A DNA stretch of 63,876 nucleotides, filler included, from Neoconidiobolus thromboides FSU 785 (GCA_025603075.1; 5 parts of 5 records of this genome joined end to end with filler, not necessarily neighbours in it), one strand, 5' to 3'. Counted from the first letter of the whole stretch, positions 12,503 through 25,402 are shown. Notes: a model not told the origin generated them from the letters alone. Numbers and translations: made by a program.

Positions 12503-12916
12503 TGTGGAACCTGATACTCAGTGGTTGAAGTCAATAACAGTTATTGTCTGATTGACTATACTGTAAATCGAAAGGCCTTAATTTATGCGACTAAGATAGA
12601 CTTGAGTTATGAAGGATAGTACGTAATAGGCTATACATTATGTAAGACAGATAGAGTAAACAATACTACTGTAAAACCTACGTAAAATACCATCAGAAAG
12701 ACTTAGTGGCTTTATTAAAGGTACGATATCAGGGGGCAATTTAATTGAAAAGCTTCAAGTTGTTATGCCCAAGAATCTCTTTTATACTCTAATAAGTATG
12801 GAGATCAAAATGGGAAGATAACATCCTTCAGAATTACATAGCAAATTAAAATAAAAGTTTCAAGATTGACTGTTATGTTCTAATCAATCATAGAGCTGAA
12901 AAGGCAATATTTCACA
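12503..12916 (+). mobile_element. Solo LTR, family B, diverged copy (414 nt)
   Basis: TGTGGAAC...ATTTCACA; shares GACTAAGATAGACTTG, AAGACAGATAGA, CTACGTAAAATAC, TGGCTTTATTAAA with 11653-12153; no intact TSD. Confidence 0.8.
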
Positions 12917-12931
12917 ATATAAATTTAAAAA

Positions 12932-13031
12932 TATGAGCATTTTTTGATTTCATCACTTTTTCCATTTTTTAATCACTGTTTGAGTGGAAAGATCATTAGT
13001 GAAATTCTCAAACAAAAAATACATCCTCATA
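12932..13031 (-). mobile_element. MITE family A copy
   Basis: TATGAGCATTTTTTGATTTCATCAC...AATACATCCTCATA. Confidence 0.8.
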
Positions 13032-13143
13032 TACTAGATTTTAATAGCAAAATTATTTAAATCTTATTATAATAATTTATTTTTATAAACAACTTAAATA
13101 ATTCTTATATAATTAACTATAAAGCCAATAAAGCAATGTTTTA

Positions 13144-13247
13144 TATGAGGATGTATTTTTATGACTAAGAATTTTACTAACAGATTTTTCACTTAAATAG
13201 GCGCTTAAAAATGGAAAAAGTAATGAAGTTAAAAAAACACTCCTATA
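13144..13247 (+). mobile_element. MITE family A copy
   Basis: TATGAGGATGTATTTTT...AAAAAACACTCCTATA. Confidence 0.85.
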
Positions 13248-13260
13248 TCTTTAGTAAAGT

Positions 13261-13367
13261 TATGGGGATGTATTTTTGTGTTTAAGAATTTTACTAACAA
13301 ATTTTCCGCTCAAATAGCGCTTAAAAAATGGAAAAAATAATGAAGTCAAAAAAAACACTCCCTTATA
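13261..13367 (+). mobile_element. MITE family A copy (tandem with previous)
   Basis: TATGGGGATGTATTTTTGTG...AAAAAACACTCCCTTATA. Confidence 0.88.
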
Positions 13368-13982
13368 GTTGTTATAGCTATTAGAAATAATAATATGTTT
13401 ATTAATAACTATATTAATAAGTAAATTTCTCTATAAAATATTATTACAAAGTGTTTTTGCATTAAAAAGCTAGAAAGTATTATAAGTATATTAGCTATTT
13501 AGTATAAAATAATTATTCAGTATATCTGAAAATGTACTAAGTATTAATTCAGATCTGATAATTAATATTAAATACACCTTTGAGTTGGATTTATTTGAAT
13601 TTTAATGTTTCACATTAAAAATTAACTAAAAAGTTGATGAAAAAAATTTAATTTGTGTATTTAAAAATTCAAGTATTGTTAGATTTTAAAAAAACTAACC
13701 TATCTTACTCAAAACACATTAATTAAAGCTGATATCTGCTTACTTTATATATTTCTCAAATTTGATATAATTTAGCATAGCAATCTTAAATACAGTTTAA
13801 ACCAGATTAAAGCAATTAAAATAGCTATTCAAAACCTCAAATATCTACACTTAACCTAATAAGATATAGCAGCTTATGCTTATTACTATATAATATTAGT
13901 AAAAAAATCAATACAATTATAACATAATAATAGTAGACATAAATAAAAAATCAGTTTTAAAACATATTATCTTAAGTTAAAG

Positions 13983-15042
13983 TTATTTAAACTCCTTTAA
14001 AAAGTTTTCAATTAAAATAGTAACTTCCTCATAATCAAAATAATGAATCCAATGACCACCTTCAAGAATCTAAGAAGGAGGTTACTAAGTAAAATAAAAT
14101 CTCTATAAATTAAGCTTACCACTGTCGAGGCATTCTTTAAGTAGTTTTGAGCTATATCTTTAACAAGAATACATGAATCATTAGCCCCTATTATCTAAAT
14201 AACATTTTAGCTATTACTACAAAAAGTGCCAAATTATATTTTACCTGTAAAGATTTGACTTCAACATTAAGATGAGGTTTTTGTTTATCATTAAGCCCAT
14301 TTAAATAACTTGTACGGTACCAATTAGTTGGTCCTTTTGTTCCTTGTATTTTAAATTGACTATATAAGTAATTTAAATACTAGCAAACAATTAATAAATC
14401 TCAACATAAGGTATATAAAGCTTACACTATCATCAATACATCCTGATTTTGAGGTATCGAATGTATCAAAATGCTCAAATAAAGTCTTATTTAATGGTAC
14501 ATGAGCATAGTTTGTAAAATCAAAGCTATGTTTTTTATAATAAAAGGATTTTATAAATCTTTCAATGTGTTTATCAAATTCTTTCACGTTACCCTCACCT
14601 AAAGCAACCTTTAAAAAAGAAATTATAATAATGGTTATTAATTATATTTTAAATTAATTAACCTGGTATCCATATCCAGAGTATTCCTCTGCTTTTTGTC
14701 TTTCAGTTTTTGGCTCACTTAAAGTAGGGAAGTAAGGAATACTTAAACTTACATATCCGATGATATTCTCTGGATAACGATAAGCCAATTCCCAACCAAC
14801 GGAACTACCCCAATCGTGACCAATAATGATCACTTTGTTTTGCTTAAAGTGTTGAGTGAAAATATGATGGATATCTTCAGATACAGATTTGAAAGTAAAG
14901 TTTTCTAGTTTATCTTCTACTTTGGTTTCACCATATCCTGGCATATCAAATGCAACCACATGATATCCCTTCTTTACCAAAAAATCGATTTGATATTTCC
15001 ATGAATACCATGACTACATATTATAAATATTATAGATGATAT
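13983..15042 (-). CDS. Epoxide hydrolase copy C (5' end lost in gap)
   Basis: SWYSWKYQ, AFDMPGYG, GHDWG, GPTNWYR, GGHW; reading frame intact through to TAA 13983-13985. Confidence 0.88.
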
Positions 15043-15142
15043 NNNNNNNNNNNNNNNNNNNNNNNNNNNNNNNNNNNNNNNNNNNNTTAATTAATTAANN
15101 NNNNNNNNNNNNNNNNNNNNNNNNNNNNNNNNNNNNNNNNNN
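15043..15142. other. Artificial contig spacer
   Basis: 44 N + TTAATTAATTAA (stops in six frames) + 44 N. Confidence 0.97.
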
Positions 15143-15540
15143 TACATATAATATTCATCATATTAACTATTACTTATGTTTAAATGTGTATAATTATTGA
15201 CTATTTTTAATTAAAGAAACATATCCAAAGTATAATAATTTAGTTACATTAAAAATCAAGAATCTCAAATTAAAAGTTGAATTTTATATTTTTTATATAC
15301 GTCATGTAAGAATTTGCATACTTTGAGTTGAAATATTGTAGATTTGTAGATAATACAGTCCATTTTAATACAAATAGAAAGTTAAAAGAACAATCTGATT
15401 TAAATGATGTATTGATTCATAATATCTATGGATATAATTTAACTATTTCTATTGAGCTTATATTAATTTATTATAAAAACATTATTTTAAATTTTAAATT
15501 TAGATAATTGCATAATTAAGTATTTAGATGAGTATATTAT
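15143..15540 (+). repeat. Left arm of a long inverted repeat bounding contig 2
   Basis: Reverse complement of 38981-39377, identical except one 1-nt indel. Confidence 0.95.
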
Positions 15541-15767
15541 CATATTAAATAATTAAGTGAATTCACTACACAACCCATCTATCAAAAAATCTAACAATCC
15601 TTCTTTTAGAAAGTACATAAGAATATCCTACCCACATCAAAAAATTATATTCATCGATTCTCTGCTTACTTTTAGTAATTTCTTAAAACAATTAAAAAAC
15701 AAGGATAAGTACAACTTACTTACTCCAAATCTTCATTTTTAACCCATCCTTCCATTGAATTTTCCCT

Positions 15768-15864
15768 TGGAAATGTATTTTTTTGTTTAACGACTTTACT
15801 GATAGCTTTTCCGCCCAAATGGCGCTTAAAAAATTGAAAAAGATGAAACCAAAAAAAACACCTC
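15768..15864 (+). mobile_element. MITE family A copy
   Basis: TGGAAATGTATTTTTT...TTTTCCGCCCAAATGGCGCTTAAAA...AAAAAAACACCTC. Confidence 0.8.
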
Positions 15865-15869
15865 TTCTT

Positions 15870-16330
15870 AATAAATGCATCAGGCCCAAACTATCAACTG
15901 TATTTTAAAGATACAGCTATTCAGTGTTTACTCTCGTATCAGTTATTCCAAAATTCTTACCTGTGATGCCCAACTGCTTTTATTATAACTTGTTTGACCT
16001 TAATCCTATCCATCAGCTTACTTCCTGCTTGGTTGCCTTTTCACTGTGGTCATATATTATTGAGCACCTAAGCCTAATTTCTCTCTCTCTTCTTCACAAA
16101 TTTTTCCTCAATCTCTACCTCTATCTACTCTTCTTCTCCACCCAATTAAACCCTAGTTTTACCTCCAGGCTTTTAGACCATCTATAATTTGACCCAAAAC
16201 CTATATCCTCTTCTGCACGCAGCCCCACTACCATAAGTCAGTGGGTGACTCTCTGGGAGTTAGAGCTGCAATAGACAAAACTGCGCCTTTCCAATCCTGA
16301 AGACAATTATTTCCCTTTTAAAAGTCAGTT
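15870..16330. mobile_element. Possible retroelement relic (GC-richer, C/T-skewed on +)
   Basis: Abrupt composition change, no long ORF, bracketed by MITEs; no diagnostic motif recognised. Confidence 0.3.
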
Positions 16331-16380
16331 ACCTAAGTATTTTGATTATTTTAATAAGGATTTATATTTAAAAATCAATA

Positions 16381-16480
16381 TATGGTGCTGTTTTTTGATT
16401 TCATCACTTTTTCCGTTTTCTAAGCGTTATTTAGGTGGAAAGGCTATCAGTAAAATTTTTGAAAAAAATACATCCCCATA
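16381..16480 (-). mobile_element. MITE family A copy
   Basis: TATGGTGCTGTTTTTTGATTTC...AAATACATCCCCATA. Confidence 0.85.
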
Positions 16481-16660
16481 TACTTAACAACACTAAAATC
16501 CTAGGGTAAATTTTATAAAAATACATTTGTTCCAAACTATACATATGTTAATGCGATATAATATCCTAATATTAAATTTATAAAATTCATAACTATATCA
16601 AGTGCTTTTTTACTATTAATCTATTGAAAACACATTAATTTTTATTTTTATCATCTCAAA

Positions 16661-18446
16661 TTATTCCTTTAACTCTGGTAATTTAGGTAAATCTCCAATT
16701 GTTTGTCCTACTTTAATTTTTTGATTATTTTCAATTTTGAATTCAAAATTCTCGGGTGCTTCAAATACTAATACAATAGTGGAACCTAAACAAAAACCAC
16801 CGATTTCCTGTCCTGAATTGAGTGGATATCCTTTTAGTAATGGACTGGCTTTAGAATAAGATACTTGAGTGTATGTACCACGATGTGTTATTTTCCTTTC
16901 GTTTGTTTTTAAATCCTAGATTATTATTAATGATTAATTTATTAAATAAAGAAGGTAATATAAAAATAATTAATCTACCTCATCAAAATGGATTTTAATA
17001 GAACCAACATTAGTGGCTCCAACAGGTAACATGGAAAAGAAGCCATGCTTCCATTTACCAATTAGAGCCACTCGTTCATTTAATACAAATAAATTTTGTA
17101 AATATTTTAATATAAAGGGAGATACTGAATATAATTCACCTAATATTAAATTAAATTAAATTAAATATAAAGTAATAAAGGTAATAACAACAACATACCA
17201 GCAAAATGACGTCTTAACTCCACTACCCAATTTGTAGGTGAATGGAATCGATGGTAATCCCCAGGTGCTAAATAAATCACTGTAAAAAATAATTTTCTCC
17301 CATTTGAAATTGATTCCCATGGTTTTTTATCTACACGTTCCTTTTTAATTTCATTTTCATCATGAGGGTGTTCTGTAGTATTTGATTCACCGCCAAATAA
17401 CCCAGCTAAAGAATAATTAATTCCATTAACATTAGCAAATTCTTCTTCATTTATAACTTCTCCTTTATAATTTACAGGCATTGTTTCTTGTATTATACTT
17501 GAAGTTGTATCTCTCCCTAATAAATCATTGATATCATAACTTATACCTTTGATTTGTTCAATATTGTTTCCTGTTACTTCACCAAAATGTAATACTCTTC
17601 CATCTGCTGGACTTATCTAAAATTAAAGTTAAAATAAATTAATATTTTATAAATTATAATATAATTTTGTGTTTATAATAAAACTTACTAAAATAGCATC
17701 ATCTAAAGGTCTAACGCCTGGTTTTAATTTACGAAAAAAGAAAGTAGATAAATTAGGATAATTTTTTAAATTCTGATCTTCCATTTCATTTAAATTACAT
17801 CCGAATACCCATGAATATAATCTTAAAGAAGGATCTCTTAACCATACTGGTAAATTGATTTCATTAAATAACCCAAACATTCGACTTAGCGTTTTTAATG
17901 GTAAAGAAGTATATACCTGTAACTAAAATAATAATAACATTACCATATTTCAATGAGATTAGCTTGAACCTGTTTACCTGCCATGGACCTTTAGGTGTAT
18001 TAGTTTGTTCTTCATCATTGTTATCTCTCCTCTTTTTCCAAAAGGAATAAAAAGCAACAAAAGCGATACCCACACCGATGGGCAATGGTGTCCAATCAAT
18101 TGGTGTACTTTTCCATGCTTTTTTAGCTTTGGCTAATATTTTCATTTGATTAATATATTATATACTTATATAAATAAAACAAAATAAAAAACTCACTAAA
18201 AAATGATTCGTTACTATTAGATTGCTGATTTTGTTGATTTTGCTGATTTTGGTGCTCATAGTTAGTATTATTATTGGTATTGTCAGATTTGCTTGAATAA
18301 TAAAATTGACTCCGAGCTCTGTAAGCGGTGGTATTTAATTTATAAAATCTATTTCTTAAATTCAATCCAGTACGTGATACATAAGGGTTATTATTTGTTC
18401 TACTCACATTCTTGTATAGGTTACTAAATCTCATACTTGAAAACAT
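16661..18446 (-). CDS. PSD1: Mitochondrial phosphatidylserine decarboxylase
   Basis: Presequence, TM segment, [61 protein letters not shown] (LGST autocleavage site). Confidence 0.96.
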
Positions 18447-19046
18447 ACTCTCTTTAATATATAATTTTCAAACAAGCGAGAATAATGATTTTTTTATTTT
18501 TATTTTTTAAGTTTTGACTTTGGAATGTCTTCTATTTATATTTTAAAAATATACTGGATTACTCTTTTTTTTAAAGTTGGTTATCCAAAAAAGTGAAATT
18601 TCAATTTGGTCAATTGTTATTGGTTCCTGGAGTTAAATTGAAAATAAGGTTTCTAAAAGCATTAAAAATTACACGACTAAATGGAACAATATATTGATTA
18701 TTAAACAAATAATATAATATATTATTATTATATTGTTATAATATAGTTTATCTTATAATATGTATTTTATGTAATTAATCGAAATAATACAAGCTATAAT
18801 TTAAATATCAATTGATATAATAATGACGCCTTTATTTCTCCATAATTTCACTTGACTTAATTAAGTAAAATTTAAAATTCCAATTAAAAATTTGACAACC
18901 CTAACTACTAATGATACAATAAGAATTCACTTAAAAAATCAAAAACAATAAACATATAAAAATGTCACTAATAAAACATATAAAAAATTAACTTAATAAG
19001 CTAAAATTTAGTCTTCTTTTACTTATAAATAAAAATCTCTCCATCC

Positions 19047-19757
19047 TTATCTTAAAATTACAGCTGCATTTCTAACTGATAAATATTCTTGTGGTACTTC
19101 TAATGGTAAATTTTTGATTACTTGATAAACTTCTGAACTACTATATCTTAAATTTGTTTTTGGATCAAGATAAGGAGCCTATCAATAACAAATCAATAAC
19201 TTATTATTATTATTATTAAAAACTTACTTGAAGTCCCGTAATATCACAATACTTTTTGGATGGTAATATACTTGGTGAATTATCTAATTGCCAATCTAAA
19301 ATTAAGTATTTTATTAGCCTAAACTATATTTGAAAATAAAAAAACACTTACAATACACTGGTGGGTTTTTTAGGTTAATTCTATTTGATTGTGAATTTTT
19401 ATCATATTTACTCTTTCCTGTGAAAACACCTGTAATTTGAGCTTTTTCTTGAGTAATAATTTGTTTTGCTGTACGATATCTTTTTGGTGTGACATATTTC
19501 TCGCTTTTAAATGGACATTCAAAATCATATAAATTTTCTACTTTTTCTTTACCAAAGGAAGGCGAAATGGAATTTTTGGAATCATCATGGTTCTGGAATT
19601 AAAAGTTAGGTTTCGATGGTATCAGAAAGATATTGAAATTACCCTTTTTTCCACTTCTTTTGGTAATTTTAAAATTACTTTTTTAATTCCTCGGGATTTA
19701 CTCCTGTTGGTTGTTTGTTAATAAAAGTTTGGATTTATTATATAGTATTACTTACAT
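19047..19757 (-). CDS. IES6: INO80 complex subunit C (YL1_C domain)
   Basis: SPSILPSKKYCDITGLQ/APYLDPKTNLRY...YLSVRNAAVILR*; the start codon appears split AT|G by intron 19704-19755. Confidence 0.88.
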
Positions 19758-19931
19758 TTTTTGTAATAAATAAATAGTATAAATTACAATGATATTAATA
19801 TAAAATGTTAAAAGATAAATCTTACACTCAACGAATTAAACTTTAGAAAAAAAAAGTAACAAATAAAAAGTAAAAAAATCGAGACTCAATTCAATAGATG
19901 ACGAAAGTTAATTGAAACGAATAAAACCAGA

Positions 19932-22302
19932 ATGTTTCATTTCCTTTTTATTTTTATTTTTATGAGTATAAAAGTAATAACCTTAAGCCGTCGTCTATTA
20001 ACCTTAAATAAATCATATTGTTCACTTACAACATTAAAGAATATCCGTCTAATGAGTACCAAGCCTGAATTACCTACTTTAAAAAAAGAAGATTATTACC
20101 ATGAGTATCATGGTCAAAAATATCTTGATGAGTATCACTGGTTACGTGATGACAAACGAGAGAATGAACAAGTATTAGGATACCTAAAAAAAGAAAATGA
20201 GTACGCTAACTCCTCAATGAAACAATTGACATCAATATCCGATAAAATTTATGAAGAGATGGTATCCCGAATTGCCGAAGATGATACTTCAGTTCCAATT
20301 AAAAAAGGGGAGTTTTATTATTATAGTAGAGATATTAAAGACCATCAATATCCATTGAGATGTAGAAAGTTAAAGGAGGATGGAAAAGAAGAGGTTTTAT
20401 TAAACTTGAATGAATTTAAAGACGAATATTTAAGTTTAGGAGCATTTAAAGTTAGCTCTACCAATGATAAGGTAGCTTACACTTTGGATACTACTGGAGA
20501 TGAGAAATATAGTTTGTATATTAAAAATTTTAAAACTAACGAAACTAAATTGGAATTAACCGAAGTTAATGGTTATATTGCTTGGTCTAGTTGTAATAAT
20601 TATTTATTTTATACTAAAATGGATGAGACCCTCCGTGCCAATCGATTATATAGACATAAAGTTGGAGAATCTCAAGAAAAAGAAGAATTATTATTTGAAG
20701 AATTTGATTTAAAGTTTTCTTTAGGGTTATCAAAAAGTATATCTGAAAAATATTTATTTATGACTACTTCTTCATCAACTAGTTCTGAAGTGCATTTTAT
20801 TAATCTTGATAAACCGGAAGAGGAGTTGAGATTATTTTCTAAACGTCAAATAGATCGTATTTATGAATTAGAGCATCAAGGAGAGAATTTTTTAGTTTTA
20901 ACTAATCGTTATTTAAATGAAAAATTTATCAATTTTAGATTATTAAAAAGTAAAATTAGTACTGAAGAAGAAAGTGATGAAAATCATTGGGAATCTATTT
21001 TAGAGTACAATAAAAATATTTATTTAACCTCAGTATCAGCAATTAAAGATTATGTTTTATTAGAAGAAAGATACGAAGGGTTAGCACAAATTCGAGTAAT
21101 TAATTTAACAGGTGAAGAACATCGAATTGAATTTGAAGAACCGATATTTGTAGCTGAATTGGAATCCGCTTATATTAATTATAATGAAAATGAAATCGTA
21201 TTTTCATATTCTTCATTAACCACCCCCAACTCTGTTTATAAATTTAATCTCATTAATAGGCAAAGAAAATTATTAAAACAACAACCTGTATTAGGTGATT
21301 TTAATAGTCAAGATTATCAAAGCGAAAGAGTAATCACTTCAAATGGTGTACCAATCTCATTAGTTTATAAAAAAGAATTAATTAAAAAAGATGGCTCTAA
21401 TCCATTACATTTATATGGTTATGGTAGTTATGGATATTCCATGGAGCCTTATTTCCGTACCAATATTATCTCTTTATTAGATAGAGGATTTATTTATGCT
21501 ATTGCACATATTCGTGGGGGTACAGAGTTAGGTAGACATTGGTATGAATTAGAAGGTAAGATGTTGGAAAAGAAAAATACTTTTAAAGATTTTGAAATTG
21601 CGGCAACTACCTTAATTGAAAAAGGTTACACTTCTTCTCCTTATCTTTCAATGGAAGGTAGATCTGCTGGTGGACTTTTAATGGGTGCTGTATTAAATAA
21701 TAATTATTTGAGATTTAATTCAGTGATTGCTGGTGGTAAGATTATTATATATATAAGTAATAATAGAACTTATTTGTTTCATTACAACCTAGTTCCTTTT
21801 GTTGATGTAATTAATACTATGATGGACGAGACCATTCCATTAACAGTAAATGAATATGAAGAATGGGGAAATCCTAATGAAAAAGAATATTTTGATTATA
21901 TGTTATCTTATTCTCCTTACGATAATTTACCTAAAAATCCAAAGAATTTTCCTCATTTATTAATTCGTTCAGGTTTGAATGATCCAAGAGTACAATATTG
22001 GGGTAAGTTTTATTATTTATGCGATTTTAGTATTTTATCAACTAATTATCAAATTTATTGTCATTACAGAGCCAGCTAAATACGGAGCAAGATTAAGAGA
22101 TATATTAAAAGAAAGTCATCCAAAGCCAGTATCCAGTTCTGAATATGAAGAAAGTATGAGAAATGAAGCTAAAATATTACATTTAGTTAATATGGGTGCG
22201 GGTCATTTTGGATCTTCTGGTAGATATGACTACCTTAAAGAATTAGCTATTGATTATGCGTTTTTAGTAGCAACTGCCAAAAGATTGGAACCTTTTAATT
22301 AA
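19932..22302 (+). CDS. opdB: Oligopeptidase B (peptidase S9A)
   Basis: DEYHWLRD, PLHLYGYGSYG, AHIRGG, GRSAGG (catalytic Ser), VPFVDV, YEEWGNP, DPRVQYW/EPAKY, AGHFGSSGRY; only two introns; in-frame ATGs at 19932, 19962, 20052. Confidence 0.93.
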
Positions 22303-22539
22303 AATACAGTAATAGATTGGAATTTATGTTTTTTATACTATTGTTTTTCTAATTTAATGTTATTATATAATAAATATTTTTAAATGATTTCAAAAGTATT
22401 TTCGATAATTATACAATTCATGTTTGAATGTTTAAGTATCAATAGAGAGATTTAAATAGATGCCTGGTTTAACATTAACAAAATGATATTGTTAAGTAGA
22501 AATGTCTATAAACAGTTTTAAAAATTTAAACAGAAAAAA

Positions 22540-22644
22540 TATGGGGATGTATTTTTGTGTTTAAGAATTTTACTAACAAATTTGCCACTTAAATAGTGCT
22601 TAAAAAATGGAAAAAATAATGAAGTCAAAAAAAACACCCCCATA
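22540..22644 (+). mobile_element. MITE family A copy
   Basis: TATGGGGATGTATTTTTGTG...AAAAAACACCCCCATA. Confidence 0.9.
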
Positions 22645-23905
22645 TATATTTAAAGATATGGACCATTGTGACCACGCAAATGATTTGTTTAATTACTAGT
22701 AGCTATCAAAAAACTGTTAGTAATTGGGCAAATCGTTTACATGGTTACAGTGGCCCATACCTTCAAACTTCATTAGTATTTAGCACTAATTATAGTGGAA
22801 ATATTTATTAAAATGAGCAAAAAACATAAAATGAAGACTATTCCATTAGTATATCAAAAGCGATATTCCAAATCAATAGAACTCCAAAATGATTCTATTT
22901 TATGAACTTAATTCTAAATAAAATAAAATTTATTCCATTCATTTCAAAATTCAAAATTTAATAAATTAAAATTGTTCTTAAAATACAAGCTTATTTAACT
23001 TTTGCTGAAAACAATACGAATAAAAGGCAAAGTAAATTTCTACTAATTTAACATTCTTTTAATAGTTCAATACGTAACAGAGATATAAGTCAATACGAAA
23101 AAATGAAACCTTTAAATATCTTATTGTTATACAATATTAGTACAAAATACTTGGCAGTGTAAAAATAAAATGAAATTTCATTTTATTCATATTCTTAATT
23201 TTCTATCACAGGGTCATTTCTCTTGAATATTTTCAAAATGATCCTTTTATAAAAAATAAAATGATTTAAAATTTTAAAGAAATATTCAATAAATTAAGTT
23301 GAAACAAAAATAATATTATACAGGAAATATTAGTATTAATGGATGTAGTATACTTTATTTAGATATTAACTAATTAACTCAAAAACATATTCACATAACA
23401 CCATTAGGATATAAAATAGAAAATAAGTTTAGAAATCGATTATAATAACATAAATAAATAATATATAAGGTTATTAAACACTAAAACCTTAGCCCTAACA
23501 AAAAAAATCTCATCTCACTAAATAAAGGTAGTTTAAAAATTAGAACAAAGAGAGAAATCGGTTATAAAACAAGGCTTCATTTAGAAAATCCAATCACTCA
23601 AATTTTAGAGCACGTGGAAAAATATATGATTAGTTTAGAAGATGCAAAGAAATGATTACAAAATCTTGGTTTTGTGAATTGCTAAAAATAGTTAATTCCT
23701 TTAATGGCACAAGTTAAGGAGCTGGTAACAAGAAATTATGTAAAATTTAATGAAATCATTGGCTAATAAAATCGAGGATGAATTTTCATGATTGGCATAG
23801 TTAATGAGTCGGATGGTACAGAGAATTGAGGGGATAATAAACCCATTTTATTTTGTTTTTTATTATTAAATATTTTGTATAAATTATAAAAGCATAATAG
23901 AGATT

Positions 23906-25402
23906 ATGATAACGAATAGTATTAAAAACAATACCAATACTTCGCTAAGCTTGGATTCATGTTTAAGCAATGAAACTAATGAGAATGTAAAGTATAATCA
24001 CCATATTACACGAACAATATTAATATTGTGTTTTTTTAGCTTAAAACTTATAACGAGAATTATACAAAGAGATTGGATCCGATTAATGAGCTCATTGAAA
24101 CAGAAACTTCATTTTTAAATGACTTGACATTAATCCGAGAAGTAAATAAAAAATAACTATTCATATAAAGTATTATATTTAACAATTCCATTCTTATTAG
24201 GTTTATATCCCCAAGATTAAAGAGTCATGTTTATGGAGTAAATCGGACCCCAATGTTATTATCAACAATATATTTTTTAATTATGAGAGCTTATTGGAAG
24301 CATCCGAAAATTTAGTGAACAATTTAAGAAAAAGAAGAGAAGAAGATAGTTTAATGAAAACAGTTGGGGATATTTTATTAAGTTTCACTAATGATTTGAA
24401 AAATTTTGGTTATTATGCATCTCATGCTCAATTCTCAATGAAATATTGGTTGAGTGAAAGAATTAATGAAACTACTTTAGCGAAATATTTACTGGTAAGT
24501 GATAGGTTTATTTGTATTCGGAAATAGAATTAATATTTTTATTGTTATAGAAATGTGAATTAGATAAACGAGTGAACAAACGTAATTTAGATACCTTTTT
24601 AACCCGACCAACTTATCGATTAGGACAATACCCATTATTAATTAAAGAAATATTAAAATATACCGAAATGAATAGTAAAGAGAGTAAAAATTTATTAGAA
24701 TCCTTAGCAAGATTTGAATCTTGTTTGTCATTTATTGATTCCATTACAGATAAAGAAGAGAAGAGACTACAATTAAAAGAATTACAAGATCGTATGTTTT
24801 ATAAAAATGGGGATATTTCGGTAAGTTTATCATGATGGCAATAATAGTTTATACTATTATTTATTTATTTATTTGTTTATTTATAATTGTTATTTTAAAA
24901 TAGACATTTGGACTTACTGATGAAAATCGAGAAATAATTCATGAAGGCAATTTAATCAAACCTCCTTTTGGCCAACAGTTAACTTTATTTTTATTTGATC
25001 ATGCTTTATTTTTAACAAAAGCAAAAAGAATCAAATTTACTAATATTGATGAATATGAGCTAATTCAAAAGGTAAGCCAATTTTAATAATATTAACATAA
25101 TAATATATAAAGGTAGCCGATTATTAATTTATTTTATTTAGCCCATTGAACTTGATCAGTTACATTTAGAAGAATACAAAGGGATTATGGGAATAACTTA
25201 TTCAAAAAGTAGTAACGATAGTGCATTTACAATAGTCAAAGTGAATCCAAATACTAAAATCGAAAAAATTAATTTAATTTGTACTTGTTCAAATGAAAAA
25301 GAAATTTGGATGGGAAAAATTAATAAACAAAGAGATATTTATATGGCAAAAAAAGCCATGGCCAAATTTAAAAATAGTAAAAACAAGTCATTTACTTGCT
25401 AG
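23906..25402 (+). CDS. Short Rho GEF (DH-PH only), ROM-type paralogue
   Basis: INELIETETSFLNDL, FLTRPTYRLGQYPLLIKEILKYT, IIHEGNL, LFLFDHALFLTK; about 5 introns; TAG at 25400-25402; no CNH domain. Confidence 0.8.

Noticed and set aside
11653-12916. Two LTRs 350 nt apart as a miniature retrotransposon (TRIM)
   Set aside because: The first LTR has its own TAGC duplication on both sides and the two copies are clearly diverged, so they are independent solo LTRs.
15087-15098. TTAATTAATTAA palindrome inside N runs, four times (also 39422, 58556, 62480)
   Set aside because: Identical 44N-12-44N layout each time: an artificial six-frame-stop linker, not biology. ORF 58556-58816 running into it is an artefact.
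1308-22740. Exact 15-mer GGGCAAATCGTTTAC at 1308 and 22726
   Set aside because: Only two copies and no shared flanks; cannot be separated from chance without genome-wide counts.
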